From the NCBI GenBank assembly GCA_030141605.1, contig JAQGDQ010000057.1, forward strand, positions 620,001-684,000: 64,000 nucleotides of DNA. The letters are read 5' to 3'. The notes beneath the pieces were generated by a model that saw only the letters and a list, made by a program, of their open reading frames with translations, searched no databases and had not been told where the DNA came from. The position numbers and the translations under genes are program-made. How positions within the stretch are numbered: the stretch's first letter is position 1; the number at the start of each line of letters is the position of its first letter. This document shows, piece by piece, positions 1-14,215 of the stretch. The DNA comes from Tubiluchus corallicola. Lineage: Eukaryota; Animalia; Priapulida.

Positions 1-2499
1 GCGAAATATGAGCCTTGCTTTAAAACAAACTACCTTCACCCACATTCTAATCCGGCCTGTCTTTGTCACCACGATAGCAATTAATAACTAACTAGCAGTT
101 TAATTAGCGGACTTTAATTTGAGATTATTTTGCAATGAAACCAGACGGAGCAATTATCTTGCGACTTAATTTGAAGAAGAGAAGTTCTGCAAAAGGTCAC
201 AGACTCGGCGGGAATAGTAATTACGAAAAGAGGTTTGAGTATGACATTCTGTTGACAACAACAAGCTTCTGTTGATATAAATGGTTTCCATTGTGTATTG
301 TGCAACTAACTTAACTCCTCTAAGACTGAGAAGAGAAAATGACGAAAATCAAAACACCCAGGCAGAAAAATGATGTACAACAGTCACCGCCGTGACGATG
401 TCAACGATAACCATCATAAAGATGCTTTTGTTTATGATGATGATGACGGCAACGACATCGACGACAACGAAGACGATGATGATGACAAGCCCTATTACTA
501 TATTATAATTACAGTATACTATTTCTAAATTACTAATCTTACGGGAGTAATGGGATGTCCATCAGCGGGAAATAATAAAATTTTAGACATTACTTTTTAT
601 TCTGTGCTGGCTAATAAAATTTATTTTATTTTCTAGCAACACACGTACCACTGATTTTTTTATTTAATATTTCAACCAAACAACTAAACAGAACCAATAC
701 TTTTTGACACTTTTACTAAAAAAATCAAAGTCAGAAAACCGCACGTCGGCTGCCACATCTCACACCATTCATCAATCCAACTTACAATCCAACTACTAAT
801 GTCAACAGCCCACTAATGTCAATAATGTGAGTGCACTTCACTTTCAACGTAGTGGCCCATGCGGTAATCCATTAAAAAGAACACGAAAAACGTTTTTACC
901 AATAAAATTGTAGTGATGCAGATGTGTTATACGTATTGTACCTATACACTAATTACAATACCTAGTGAACATGTATCTGTCTTTAAATAAATGGCATAGC
1001 CTCTCTCTGTTTGAGGAAAATTATCTGTGGTTAACGAGCAAATGACATTGGGCTAAAATACCTAGTTGATTTTATGAGTATTTTATGTCCTTCAATACAA
1101 TAATGGCGAAATAACCCGAACGTTTTACGGAATAGTAAAACGGAAAACCTGAGTTTGTTTCCATACTTAATGTGAATTTTATAGACAATAAATCTATACA
1201 ACGATAACGTATTGCATATCGCACGGCACTTTAAAATACTGACCAACTGACTGACGGATGGCTGACTAAATTATTTTGCAAAAGCCCTTGTGTCACAAAT
1301 ATCGGTTACTTAATCTAATAATTCTACAGTTAGTTTAACTTAATTACAACTTTAGATTCCACGTAGCATTATCTCAGTTGATAATTTTCAAACTTCCACA
1401 CAACCATCGACACTAATGCAATACTTACAGTGTTAAACACACTATTCTATACATAACTTGCACAAACATGCCGCAGCAACCTAGTTTCCCCACTTTTAAT
1501 TAGTACTTACTACGTTTCCACACAATGCATTATTGATGAGAGGAGATATTTGCAGACGAGGCTGTTATTCAATGATAACATTGGCCACCAGCTGCATAGA
1601 AATAATTTATTAGGGCTGGATGTATGTGTGTTAGTATTAGCAGCGAGTAAATGGCTTCAAGGTATTCGCCTAGTTTCGAAAGGCAGCGTGGCTTCGCGTC
1701 AGGGGACCGGTGCAGACAATATTGGAAATCTTTCTTGGTGACTATAATTTATTACTTTCGCTTTTAGTTAGCAAACAAGCCGTCTAGTATTAGAATAATG
1801 AAAATCAAAAAGTACGAAGTTACGTGAATTCTAGGAAATAAAATGAGATGCTAACTCTAATAAGAGCACCTAGATGCTACCAAGGTGCCCCAATTATCTG
1901 TTTTCCAATTACATGTATGCATAACCAATAGGCTAACTAAGCTACAGCCTAGGGCGCCAAAGTTTGAGAGGCGTCACATTTTAAAAAATTCTCATTCTCC
2001 TCGGAAAATGTGTCTTGATACACCCCTGCATGTATGATTATTTAGCTACTGGACGTAAGTTATTGAACAACCAATAAACTAGCAAAGATGTGGACACAAG
2101 GTGAATGAATTTACTGTAGCTTAAACTTAAAGCCTTGTACAGTTTGACAAGCTTCTTACAGTTTCGAACTTTTTATTTATTATTTAAGTGCTGATAACTC
2201 GATAGCTATGTATTTTTTAAAATTTTAAAGAGGATTATAGTGTATGTGTATATTCATTTACAACATGAGGAAAAATTACTTTATTATTTTCCCAGCTATG
2301 ATGTACATTCTAATGAAGCAACACTTTAACTTCAGTTCCAGATAGTTAGTTTATTGACTATAATTCCACATAATTCGAGACAAATACACTATAACTTTGG
2401 TTAGCCACAAAAAGCTTACAGCCCAAAAAGACGTTACCAAAATGACACATCGAGAACAACAAAGATAAAATAAATGCAATGTGCTATATTGCTAAGTAC

Positions 2500-3290
2500 A
2501 CCAATTCTATGTCTATGTATTACTGTCATAAAAAATGCAATACTACACATAACAAGTCTGTGAATCATGTATTGGTAGAAACTTTATAAACGATTAATAT
2601 TTGCTTGACGAAAGACTAGATTCAAAATAATATTAGTCAATCCGGAAAAAACTTCAATACACCATAGTAAGTTTTAAACGTGCGTTCATTTTCCAATGTA
2701 CATCAATAATATTAGAAAAAATTACATTCGTGAACACTCATTTCTAAGATTTTCGGTCTTTTGGGCTAGTGATTAAAACATGCTCTTCAGTTTGGACAGC
2801 ACAACATTCACACAGTCTATTCTCCACAGGTTGGCGACTCCGTCTACCTGTCTCAATTTTCAATTTATGAGAATGGAGTCTCATTATAGTGAATGCAATA
2901 CGAAATTTTTCGACAGTATTGCATGGAATCACAGGTGGCTTTGGTAGGGATTTAATTGTTTATACGTCATATTCTTTGATGAGGCACTAGCTCTAACTGT
3001 ATCTATCAATTTTTCGCGCTCTCTAGCCAAATAATCTAAGTGACTGCAAGCTGGTAAATTGGCTAGACACTTTGCTAAATTAGAATAAACATTTCTCGCG
3101 ATGTGGTAGCATTGCATCGGTTTTTCGTGCTGGTTTGACTGAACAGATATTTTTTCCAAAATTTCATTTGAAGCGCCGTTAACCATGCCTTAAAAGTAAG
3201 ATAGCCTGATTCTAACAACACAGGGTTACATGTTGCCACTCTAGACACCAAGCAAAGATTTAAGAATCTCCATGTAACTGGCGCAAGGTA
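2500..3290 (-). mobile_element. Decayed non-LTR retrotransposon (LINE) 3' fragment: ORF2 C-terminal region with Cys/His zinc-finger-like motif (RTE-X/L2-group-like, clade uncertain)
   Basis: Frameshifted minus-strand ORFs 3075-3323, 2929-3186 and 2744-2932 join into '...VATCNPVLLESGY...KFWKK...TYKQLNP...FRIAFTIMRLHSHKLKIETGRRSRQPVENRLCECCAVQTEEHVL'. This is the IETGR-x-R-x-C-x-C...E-x-H pattern of LINE ORF2 C-termini. Boundaries approximate. Confidence 0.8.
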
Positions 3291-5515
3291 AAGCTGAAGA
3301 TACATCGGAATTCCAGGTTTCACTACTATAAAAAAGCACTTGCTAGTACGATGGACTAAGAAACTAGGCGTCTTTGGGAGTGACTAAACAACCTATTAGA
3401 GCTGACATTCTGACACAAGACGTAAACTTCTTCAGACAGTTCTGCATTAACCATTTTTCTCTCATTTCACACAGTTTTTTACACAGTCTCAGCAGAAAAA
3501 CTGTGGGTTTTGTGGCAAGGATCAAGGGACTAAAATCTGGGAGTGTTTAAACCATTTTCTGCAGTTTCTTGCAATTTAGGGGTTTGTTGTGAATTGTTAG
3601 TCCAGCACTGGGTTCACCATTATCTCACGGTTGTTAAACTATGTGTTCTGATGTCTGCGTAAAATGCATAATGAGACGCAGGCGACCTCATTATATGAAA
3701 TTTTGAGAGGTTGACCACAAAATTGTGACGCACAGCAGAAATAGAAAAATTCGCCAACATGTCAATAAAGCCAAATCTCTTGCTACCAAATTAAATGAAG
3801 CCACAAATAACAACTTTGCAAGAGGCGGCTTCTACAGTGTTCCACCTTGTGATTAGTTTTTGCCATAATTGGTACAATGTGCATGCAGGTGAAAAACGGC
3901 AGAGTACACGTGTACATTGACATTTCTCAAACACGATCTTGATAGGCACGAACGCCGTCTGATTTTGACAACTATAAGATGAATACAATAATTCTGAACT
4001 TATCACATGTATTCTGAAAAAAATCTTTCTTAACGCACATTTTAGCCTTAACACATCAACAAGGACCTCCTATTCTTGGCAAACTCATTACAAAAATGAC
4101 TATAGTGTTCTCATACCTTCACTTTAAGTGCAGCCTCTTACCTTGAGTGGTCAGTAGCTTTAATCAGGAAGAACCGTATAAAAAGTGCAAGGTCTTCCAG
4201 AGTTTTCTTATTTTCCTGAAGAAATATGATTCTGGCATTTGTTGGCTGCAAGCTTTTGGCCAGTTTTCACCAGCTGCAAATTCCCAGGCCCGCAAGCGGC
4301 TAGAAGGCCCTTTCTTTGTTGAAAGACATTAGTCATCACAAGACATGAATTCCATTTAACAGATGGAGCTACTGAACCGTGTAACTAACGCATGACGTCA
4401 TCACTACTTTTGACACGTTGGCTACTGGTTGTCAAGCTAATCTTTACACCACTAGTGAGAATCGTTTACAATTGTGTAATGAAGAATAAACTGAGTCATT
4501 ACACTGCTCACTAGTCAAACTGTGAATAAATTTCAGCTATGTATTGCATTAAACACCCCGTTCACGGTAAACGTAAGTTTCTGTTGAAGCCAAGTTATGC
4601 ATTTGGTCATTATAAAATCGGCCTTCTATGCTTTTTTACTGATCCAGTTAGTTTAATCTATGGCGGTATACACTCTGTTGTCTCATCATTGTCTTAAACT
4701 ACCTCATGCAAATTTCAAATAAAGGTACCGTTTTTCTTACACAATCATTCTATTGTTTCGTGGATGGATGTCAGAAAAGTTATAGACAGTTTGGCTTCAG
4801 CATCCCTTGGCCCAAAACCAACCTGGGCAGTCTCAGCCCTTGTCGGTGAGGTACCGGCTGCAGTTCAATATTCTTGTACCTTTGAACTATCAACGTACGT
4901 TGTATTCCTGCCGATACGAAAAATGATCGTATCTAAAACTTACCTGCCGTTGATTAAGTGTACAGCAACATTCATTAGCACATGGGTAATGTAAAGCCGC
5001 AAATCTGTGCAAAATCTAATTAATTTGCCCAAAACGGACTAGCCTGAAAAGCCGAGGCTCACTATTAGTAGGCACACAATGAGACTGGCCGGCAAATAAA
5101 CAAGTTTATACGGTAATAATATTAGCATTAACGTAAATTAATCACGCAAAATAGCAAGGCCGGAAATAAACACGTTCTATTATGCACACGGACAATGGGC
5201 GCAGTTAATAGCATGGCTTAGTTAATGGATAAACATCGCTTTCCCCAGTTACGCCCGTAACAAATTCATGTCATGTCCTAAAATTTCCTGTTTTAAAGAG
5301 AATTTTTCTTAGCTAACATTAACTCCATTTTATGCCAAGCTATTAAGATTGAACGGAAAATTCTGATTCCCAAGAAAGAAAGTAAAGCCATAGACCCTAA
5401 AGAAATATGAATGGCAGCAAATGTAGCTGCCGTTGCTAGTACTAAGGAGTACCAAAATAAGGACATAAGTCTAAAGAAACATGGAATGAAAGAAAATGTG
5501 GCTGTGTCGTGTTGT

Positions 5516-6167
5516 TATAAGGCGTACGGCATGGGGACGTCGGGGTGGGGAAGTGCAGTTGCCCTCCTAAATGAATTTTACATTTTCAGGGCAAATAATT
5601 GTATAGTAAAATTTCCAAATGTAATATGGAATACTTAAAAATGCTTAAAATGCTCAAGAATAAAATTTGTAAGCTCATGGGTTTTCAAGAATGCAAAAGT
5701 AAACTGATAATTTAATTTTTCTAAAAAATCCTGTTTGAAAAATGAAAATGTTCGTAAAGATCAGGTTTGCAAAAAGTTTTTCACAGTCTTCATTTTAACA
5801 TTAAATTAACATATGTTTGCGTTCACTACAGCATTAAACAATATTGTTGTATCAGTTGGAACAGGAGTTCTGATTAAAAAGAATCATTAAGCACCGTTCA
5901 TTAAGCTAGGCTTATTAAAAAAACACTTTCTTTCGTCTTGAGAGTCGTGGTTAGGCGATGCACGTCCGGTGTTGCAAATGGGCCTCAGAAGTTGAGTGCC
6001 TCTCTTCATCTAAATCTGCTTCAGGGTAGGCCTGTCAATGTTTTGTTTTTTAGACACTTGTCTGTCTACATCCTATATAAGTATAACCCCGGTGTAACAC
6101 TTATTTAGAAATTATATAGAAATTCCTTCTGCCCCCCCCCCTTAAAACTTCCTCCCGTATGCCTATG
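5516..6167. mobile_element. Putative MITE (non-autonomous DNA transposon) with degenerate terminal inverted repeats
   Basis: Left end ATAAGGCGTACGG followed by a G-rich stretch; right end C-run then CCGTATGCCTATG (reverse complement CATAGGCATACGG); AT-rich noncoding interior. No clear target-site duplication. Confidence 0.5.
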
Positions 6168-6426
6168 ATGAGCATTACAAAAAACGGGGCACGCCCTTAT
6201 TGTTAACAAAAATAGGGCCCCACCACAGAAAAGTTATTATAGGCCTCTACAGATACTTACAAACGAAAGCCAACGCCTGCAAGAAAGCCTTGCAGGCTGA
6301 TTGGGCAGTCAACGAGAATGATTGACGTTATAGTTGACATAAATTGGTCACCCGAAACAGGGACTTGACTAGTCACAGGTTCAAGGGAGGCATGCTAAGA
6401 ATCAGGCGTTCAGAGCAACAAGACCC

Positions 6427-6451
6427 CCACCACCACCACCACCACCACCAC
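6427..6451. repeat. (CCA)n microsatellite
   Basis: About 8 tandem CCA units. Confidence 0.9.
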
Positions 6452-9400
6452 GTACATATTCACGGCAATTTGCTGGGAATAACAAGTCAAATCTCGGACT
6501 GAACTTAAATACTCCAAAACCATTTAAAAATTCTCAGCCAGCGGCTGCAATCCTAGTCTTGGTAACATCTACTTTTCAATGTGATTGCAGCACAATAATT
6601 CTTTGATATTAAAGTTTAAAGCTGAAATGCATTGCGGAAAGCTTTTCTGAATAGCGCAAACTAAATTCGATATTACAAGCGCCTTACAAAAGCCCGCTAA
6701 ACCATTTATAGACACAATAATACGTGCACGGGCTTACATTTTTCGGTATCACAATAAGCTTGGTAAACGATAACTTTAAATTCATGAAACAGGGCTCACC
6801 ATAAATGTCACTATATTTAATTTCTTCTCAATTTTTCAGATGATCCCATCCAAAGAGAGAAAACTAACAAATCACATAGATACAAAATAGACGATAAACA
6901 AAACTTGAAAGAAAAAGGAAATCCACTGTCAGTGTATCAGCAATGATTATGAAGGATCAGAATGCAAAAACTTAAAACATAATATGACAAGTGAAGGTTG
7001 AACGAGTACCAAAATTCTTGGTCTGAAAGAGAACCAGTTATACTACTAACGAGACTGAAGGGTTGAAAAGATAAACTTAAAAGATCCCATTATTGCACCG
7101 ATGTCGCGAATGGGTTAACACGCAAAAATTTGAAGCTAAAATCACAGCAACTTCTCGTAACACGAAAAACAATAAAAAGCGGACGCCTCTGTCAATAACG
7201 AACATAAAACGGTAAATTTATGCCAGTTCGGCTCGGAAAATTAAACAATTACCGTGCGACCATTAGCAGTATAGCCTGATTAAAAATTTCTGCAGCTTGA
7301 CATTTACCGAGACGAGCGAGTCGTCTCGGCGAATGAACGTTGAGTGAACGCTTGAACAATGAACGCCTGTACACTCATAAATTAAAGCCGCGTTTGAAAC
7401 GCGCCTCTTTTGCTTAAACAGTTTCGTAGAGGGAAATTAAGAGGCGCACAAGTCGTACAACAGCGTGTAAAATTTAATCAGAATTCACGAACAAAACACA
7501 AATCTTCTTTGAAGGTCTAAACCGATTCTTGCGAGGGAAATTAAAATGCATGCAAAGTGGTAAGCATGCATAGGAGATAAGAAAGCTAGTAGATGAAAAA
7601 TGAGGCAATCAAGTCAAAAGAAAAGCGTTAACCGTGTTTGGTACAAACTTCGGCTTCAGAGTAAAGCACGAGGGACGAATTAAAAAGTGAAAAATAGCAA
7701 GAAAGCTGAAAAACAGTTTATAAGAAGACTCGGCGTATGGATTAAAAAAAGGTAAACCTTCTGTGAAGTTAGTTATTTCAATATTCGCGAAAATTTCAGC
7801 AAGATTTAGTAATAAAACTGCGATAAGCCCCTTGTGTAGTTAGTAATTTTAATTTAAAGTTGTGATTGGGCTCTCCAAGTTTCATTTGTCGTTCGTCATT
7901 CGTGAATGAAGAAAAGCAGCACGCTGACAATTTATGTCAAAGGCAAAAGCCGTAGAAGTTTGAATTAACGGGCGAGCGCTTACGAAAGGTCACGAAGCCA
8001 TCACTTCACCAGTTACATCACAATTTTCAAGCGAATAACAGCTGAAAATTTCTGTACATCGGTGATATAAATTAACTTTATGGTTTACAGATAATTTTTA
8101 GCAAATTTTTTGTTATATTTTTCTAAGTCTAGATGATAGCAGTAAAATAAACCCAACATGCTAAATGATGTATGCAGTCACAAGTTTACCAAGCTGTTTA
8201 TTGCGACGAAGAGACGATAAGCAGTGCTCAAACCGAAACTAAGGTGGAGAATGTCGACGACGATGATGATGACGGTGGTGGTGATCGTCATGATGGCAAC
8301 GTAAGAACGAATAAATGGAAGAATAATACGGAATCTCAAAGAACAGATATAATCTTTTTTGCATGTATTACTTTGAGTACATGTCACGTGATCCCAGGGT
8401 GCTGATTTAATATACCTACGTGATTTCTCGTTAAGTGCACTGTTTGCTTTTCCACAGTATAAAACGCGTTAACAAAGGCGCCAAGTTTCATGTTTCAAAA
8501 ACCAAACACTCAAATGCTGGAAGAGATCTTTCAACAGCACAGCCAGGAAAGTGACTGAAATTTAAATTAACTCTTTTCAGCACAGTGATGTGTGAAACTC
8601 ACTAATTAAAGCACAGCTTGTCAATATACAATGAATTAATAAAATTTTATGAAGAAGGGTGACATATTATGTAATCGCCTTGAAAGTTTGTTGGGTTTAA
8701 CCTACGTAACTACTCACTTTTTTAAATTCATTTAAGTTATTCCGCAGGTAGGCATATATCCACTTTATATATCAAAATGCAGTAATCCAGTGTGTGATAA
8801 CATTAATACAATTAACATTGCAAGTTACACACGTCGCTGGAGATCAAAGAGGAAACCACTAGTATTAGCGATGAATATTTATATAACATTAGTAATAACA
8901 CACCGCTGTTAGTTAGAAAGTGTTACACGAGTGTTCGTAAGATTTAAAATAACTGCATTATTAATTACAACTTGTACTAAAGTAAAAATGAATGATAAAA
9001 TGTTTTAACCTATTCACCACAAATGCTCCATTTAACCCATTTGCTTCAAAAAACTGCACGTGTACGACATAAACACAGTATGTACTAAAAAGTCCTCTAT
9101 ACCGATGTTTGTACATAAATGGACCAAAGTGTTGAATTAATGTGATTAATTCAATCAAACATTCCCACATTGCTAGAATTCTGCATAAATGTAAATCTGA
9201 CAATGACTAACATAAGAAGATAAGAGAAATTTTATTTAATGTCGATCATTTACATAAATAACATGAGCAGTTAAAACACTTTATCGACAATATATAATTA
9301 TAAAATTAATCGATAAAATGAAAATACAAAGTCATCTTAGAATCTAGTACATCGAATAAACTACCTCTAGTATAAATTAAAAATAATGAAATTTTGGTTG

Positions 9401-10175
9401 ATTTAAAATTAGAAAAAGATTAAAATTGCTAATGGTAATATTATGTAAAATTTCTAGTACAGAGAAAAACTACTGTACCTACTTTTAACATAAACACATC
9501 AAAATTAGTGTGTAACATAGTGTCGCAATTATCTATGTAACAAAGTTTGATTGTTTGGTTACTAGAAACAGATGCATAGCACTAAGCTGCCCACGCCTCT
9601 GTTTTCCAACGAAATATAAGTGGAATGAGAAAAAACTCCAACTTCTTCCTTTTAATGAAAGAAGGTCAAAATAGTTACGGTCATTCATTATAGTCATATA
9701 ACTTATGTTGATAATGAATCGTTGCTGGATACCTTACCTTTATTAACGTCCTGCGGCCCACGTGTTGTTGCGCACTGACGTAGAAAAACTGAAAATAAAA
9801 ATAAAATTTACATGAACTTCAAGTACTGGTAATTTACTTCCCGCATGTATTGTACATTAGAATAATAATTGTACATTAGAACAAAATAAGGTCTATCGTA
9901 CACATTTATGAACAGAAGTCAAGGAACTTGCATACCTCTGTTAAAAAAGATTACAAAACAGTATTTACTTTTAAAATTATATACACTAATAAAAGCAAAT
10001 ACATTGCCAGAATTAATTGATTGATTTAAAAAAGTACGTAACTTAGAATGACCTAAATGTGCCACTTAAAACAAACTGAACAATAGTCTATCAACTGCGA
10101 CATCAGAAGAACAGCAAAAGAAAATTTACACTCATGACATGCGTAAAGAATATGGCACGCCCTAGTCCAGTTAAC

Positions 10176-10176
<1 letters not shown>

Positions 10177-10260
<84 letters not shown>

Positions 10261-10581
10261 TACATCTTATTATGTAGTTGAAGTTTGTTATTTATACTGT
10301 TATCTATAGAACTTAAAGGCGTGTGTAAATAAACATTATTATTATTATTATTATTATTATTGTTATTGTTATTGTTATTGTTATTGTTATTGTTATTGTT
10401 ATTGTTATTGTTATTGTTATTGTTATTGTTATTGTTATTGTTATTGTTATTGTTATTGTTATTGTTATTGTTATTGTTAGTGTTATTGTTATTGTTATTG
10501 TTATTGTTATTGTTATTGTTATTGTTATTGTTATTGTTATTGTTATTGTTATTGTTATTGTTATTGTTATTGTTATTGTTA

Positions 10582-10633
<52 letters not shown>

Positions 10634-10635
10634 TA
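10177..10635. repeat. Compound microsatellite: (TAA)n, ~75-bp spacer, (TTA)n-(TTGTTA)n-(TTA)n
   Basis: Directly visible; explains the poly-N/Y and poly-L ORFs. Confidence 0.98.
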
Positions 10636-11063
10636 TACAGCCTGCAAGTCAATGATGAAACTGAAATTCAGCAGCTTTACAAACACTGGTCGCATATCAA
10701 CAAACCTCAGGTGATCAACTTGCTCCTATAATAATTTTGTCTCTTATAATATAAGACTACAAACATTTTGTTTCTTTTAATAGTTAATAGAGTTACGATA
10801 CAATACTCATTAGCAGCGCAGCAAGACAATTTACGAGCCACCTTGGACCACGGCGTTTCATGTAATTTCAGCGCACAAAATCTGAAAATTTACAGCAAAA
10901 ATTTATGGGGTTAATAAATATAAGCGCGACTCGGAACGCTTCAAAGGGCAACGCGGATAAATATATACGTTGTAAGAATAATAGGTTCGCGAACGACAAA
11001 AATTCTGTACAGAAGCGAGATACTGCTAAAACCAACAAGAACAACGTTTTAAAATATGACAGA

Positions 11064-11120
11064 ATATATACACGCACGCACGCACGCACGCACGCGCGCG
11101 CACACACACACACACACACA
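11064..11120. repeat. (TA)/(CACG)/(CG)/(CA) compound microsatellite
   Basis: Directly visible. Confidence 0.95.
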
Positions 11121-12207
11121 TTTTAGCTCCCGTTTCTATCTCAGGCTCTTAAACAATCCCAGCTTTTTTACCGTACATAACCATGCCATTATCAGAACCC
11201 CACCCAGGCGTCTACTCTAAAAATTTTGTGACGAGCTTTGCTATTCTACATAGCTCTGTGGGTTTGCAAATTATCAGAAATTAAAAGTGGATGCCTAAGA
11301 AAACTCGACCTCTAACAAAACAAGAAATCAACGTTTGGATTCTTTTATGGCTGCTCGCGGATAAAAATCTAGGAAGACCGTGGTCCCAAATCAGTTCCCG
11401 AAGGGCATAAGCCTAAAGCAGGTGTCAACAGAGCGTACTAAAACTTAACAACGGTCCTCTCTGAGCAGTACTGGTGCAATTAAAAGAGGGACGGAACTCG
11501 CAAGGCGCGCTGCGAACAGGCAGAACGGATGACTAAACGGGGCAGGAATCACAAAATGCAATCCTAATCAAAAATTCTTTCTTATTCAAAGCTTTTCGTG
11601 GCAAGCACCAAAGATCACTGGTCACCTCATCCATCAGTTTGTAAACAATTTTTTTAAAAAAAAACTGTTTCACTGCTCAGATTTGCAAGATTTCAAGTCC
11701 AAGTCAGTAATTTTACACAAACAAGAGAACGCTGAGATCCCCAGAGAATCCCAGTTCGTCAAGGAGGAAAATTACTTGAATAGTATAAGCAATATTTAAA
11801 TGTAGGCTGAGGTAATATGGGAAATCCCCGGTGGATTGGATACGAAATAAGATTTTTGATTGAGACGGTCGCTTGATATGCCATGTCAGAATTTATATTA
11901 GTTTTTAGTTTTCCACAAATCTTGTTAAACAAAATTGTATGGATATTCTAATGGGCGTCTAAAATGTGTGCATGTATGAGCATGGTGTTCGTATTCAAAG
12001 CCATTTCGACTGGACAACCAAAGACTTGGTTTGAGCTACTCTCATCTGTCGTCACTGGACACAACTGATACGTATATACTTCGTAGGGTCTCTTGGTTCC
12101 TTTGCACGGTCAAAATGATAAAAAGTTATCCCAAAACTTCTTGGATTTAGTTACCTATTGGACATAGTTTATTGGATATACTTTATCACAATTAGTTATC
12201 TATATTT

Positions 12208-12209
<2 letters not shown>

Positions 12210-12246
<37 letters not shown>
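12210..12246. repeat. (AT)n microsatellite
   Basis: Directly visible; abuts the left end of the Tc1/mariner-like relic. Confidence 0.97.
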
Positions 12247-12247
<1 letters not shown>

Positions 12248-12252
<5 letters not shown>

Positions 12253-13051
12253 GTGGTGTGGTGCAGAAACAATGTGCAGAAGTTTAAAATACAATAATAT
12301 TAGAAATGAGTGGTGTACAAAATTGAACTTTCACATCATGTGATATTACTATATAGCTGTGAACATTACAAGTTTATAGCTTTTGTGGTTTTTGAGTTAT
12401 GACCGAAAAGCTTTTTTGCGTATTGAAAAATTAAATGCCGAAACAATGCCAGCTAATCAACTGAAACACAGCCACGTTCAGTGATGTAAAAAGCATTCAA
12501 TATATGGAAGCAAAACGATATAAAGGAATCAACCAGTTAACTTCATGGTCATCACCAGAGAAAATAAAGGATCGATAAAGATTTTTTGGAAAGGAAAAAT
12601 AGGACTTGATCTTCTGGACTGCGGTACCTGGAATTCCATTAAAGATAAAGTATACAATGGCAGTACAGAGTTGTTAAATGCAGAGAACTACAGGGAAAAC
12701 TATTGAGTGCTGAGACAAAATACACGTTAAAGGAGTGAGAAACTGTGTCAGCCGTTATGAGTAATGCCCTCCTCTAGCTTTGGAGTGAAAATGGTAGACA
12801 CGTAGAGCACTTACTGAAAATTTAAGCAATTCCGGCATTTATTTATTTTTTTACTTTTACTCTGAAAAATTCTGTATCTTTGGAAAAATCTGAGAGAATG
12901 ACAATTTTTGGTATTTATACATGAGTGTCTGTAACATCAGTGTGACAATTTTCAATTGATTCCGTTACTGTAGGGCAGATTTGTAAGGCAAGTGCGTCTA
13001 ATCTTATTGAAGTCTAAACTTCGGCACATTTTTTCTGTGCCACCCGATATA
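12248..13051 (+). mobile_element. Internally deleted Tc1/mariner-superfamily DNA transposon relic (copy 1)
   Basis: Degenerate TIRs with TA-rich flanks: left GTGGTGCAGAAACAATGTGCAGAAGTTTAAAATACAATAATATTAGA vs reverse complement of right end ATCGGGTGGCACAGAAAAAATGTGCCGAAGTTTAGACTTCAATAAGATTAGA. Transposase remnants: WKQND (12505), LDLLDCGTWNSIKDKVY (12605, cf. SPDLNPLDYxxWxxLKxxVY), ENGRHVEHLL (12787, cf. GGHIEHLL). Confidence 0.8.
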
Positions 13052-13599
13052 CATACATATATTGTTCCATGCACTAAAACCAATTGTAGCCTCCAACTGT
13101 AGCAATAAGCATGAAATCTAATGAAACTGAGGTTGACAAAACTGGTAATTATAATAATGACTGGGGATACGCCAAGGCAATGACGGGTACATTAGCTTGA
13201 TTGTCTGAACAGTGTTACGCAATGACTTTCTTATAATTATGGCATCGTGCTGTAGGTCGATCTTCACTTGAATCAGCGAGTTATCAGATACTATAACCTA
13301 ACTTCCAACCTAAAGTTCTGTCGGTTCAATATCTCATCTTAAGTAGAGAAATGTTTTTGACGGTGAGCTAAATTCAGGTACTGCCACAACCATTAACATA
13401 ATAAGCCTTCACCACTGAACAAGCTGGATGTCGACTTGTAATTACCTTCGACGATCAAGGCGAAGCTAACAGCTTTTTGCCCATGGTTGCTACTTAATTG
13501 TATACGCATAACGTTGTCACAACGGAGGATCCGGTTAAACACTGTAACTGTTAATACTACGCCATTGTGGTACATAGTTAGGTGGGAGTCTTTAATTCT

Positions 13600-14215
13600 C
13601 TGTTAATATCCATTCAGGCTGAAATGGGTGATACATTTCAGGATGGTTTTTCCAATACTGATCCAGTTGTGACTTAAAGTGTGAAGCATCAGTGGCATGC
13701 CATACCTTAGTATTTAATAAATTCAAATCATTGACAGTCCTGAACATAAATCTATTCCTGTTTCTGTATCTGGGCTTGACAACTTTATATCCAGTACCTC
13801 ATAGATTATTAGCAAAATAACGACCAGGATATACCCTAGGTTAGTCAGATTGTTCTTGATACAAAACAACAGGATCAAATCCTCTCTTCCTTCGAAATCT
13901 CGATGAGGAGAGTTTCAAATTCCTTATCCGTTCTGAATACGTCAGATGTCTCATGGCAGGAACTAATTTTGTAGCTCTACGTTGAACAGATTCCACTTTC
14001 CTTATAGCATTCAGTCTAGATGGATTCCACATGACATCTCCGTAGTTATAATAGGACGGAGAAATGCTTTGTATAAAATCAGAAACATTGGGATATCTAG
14101 GAAACTGAAAGTTTTTCTAATTAACCAAAGCCTCTTTCTTGATTTCTTGGTGACTTCAATGTATTGGTTAAATGTCAGCTTGTTATCCACATATACCCCG
14201 CGATCCTCTTGACAC
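13600..14215 (-). mobile_element. CR1-like LINE 3' fragment (C-terminal part of ORF2), decayed
   Basis: Minus strand reads, across frameshifts, VDKQLTFNQYI...LWLIRKTFSFLD...LYKAFLRPI, then WNPSRLNAIRKVESVQRRATKLVPAMRHLTYSERIRNLKL...RRKRG, the canonical CR1 post-RT motif series. Confidence 0.9.

Noticed and set aside
10176-10731. Poly-Asn/Tyr and poly-Leu ORFs
   Set aside because: Translations of microsatellites.
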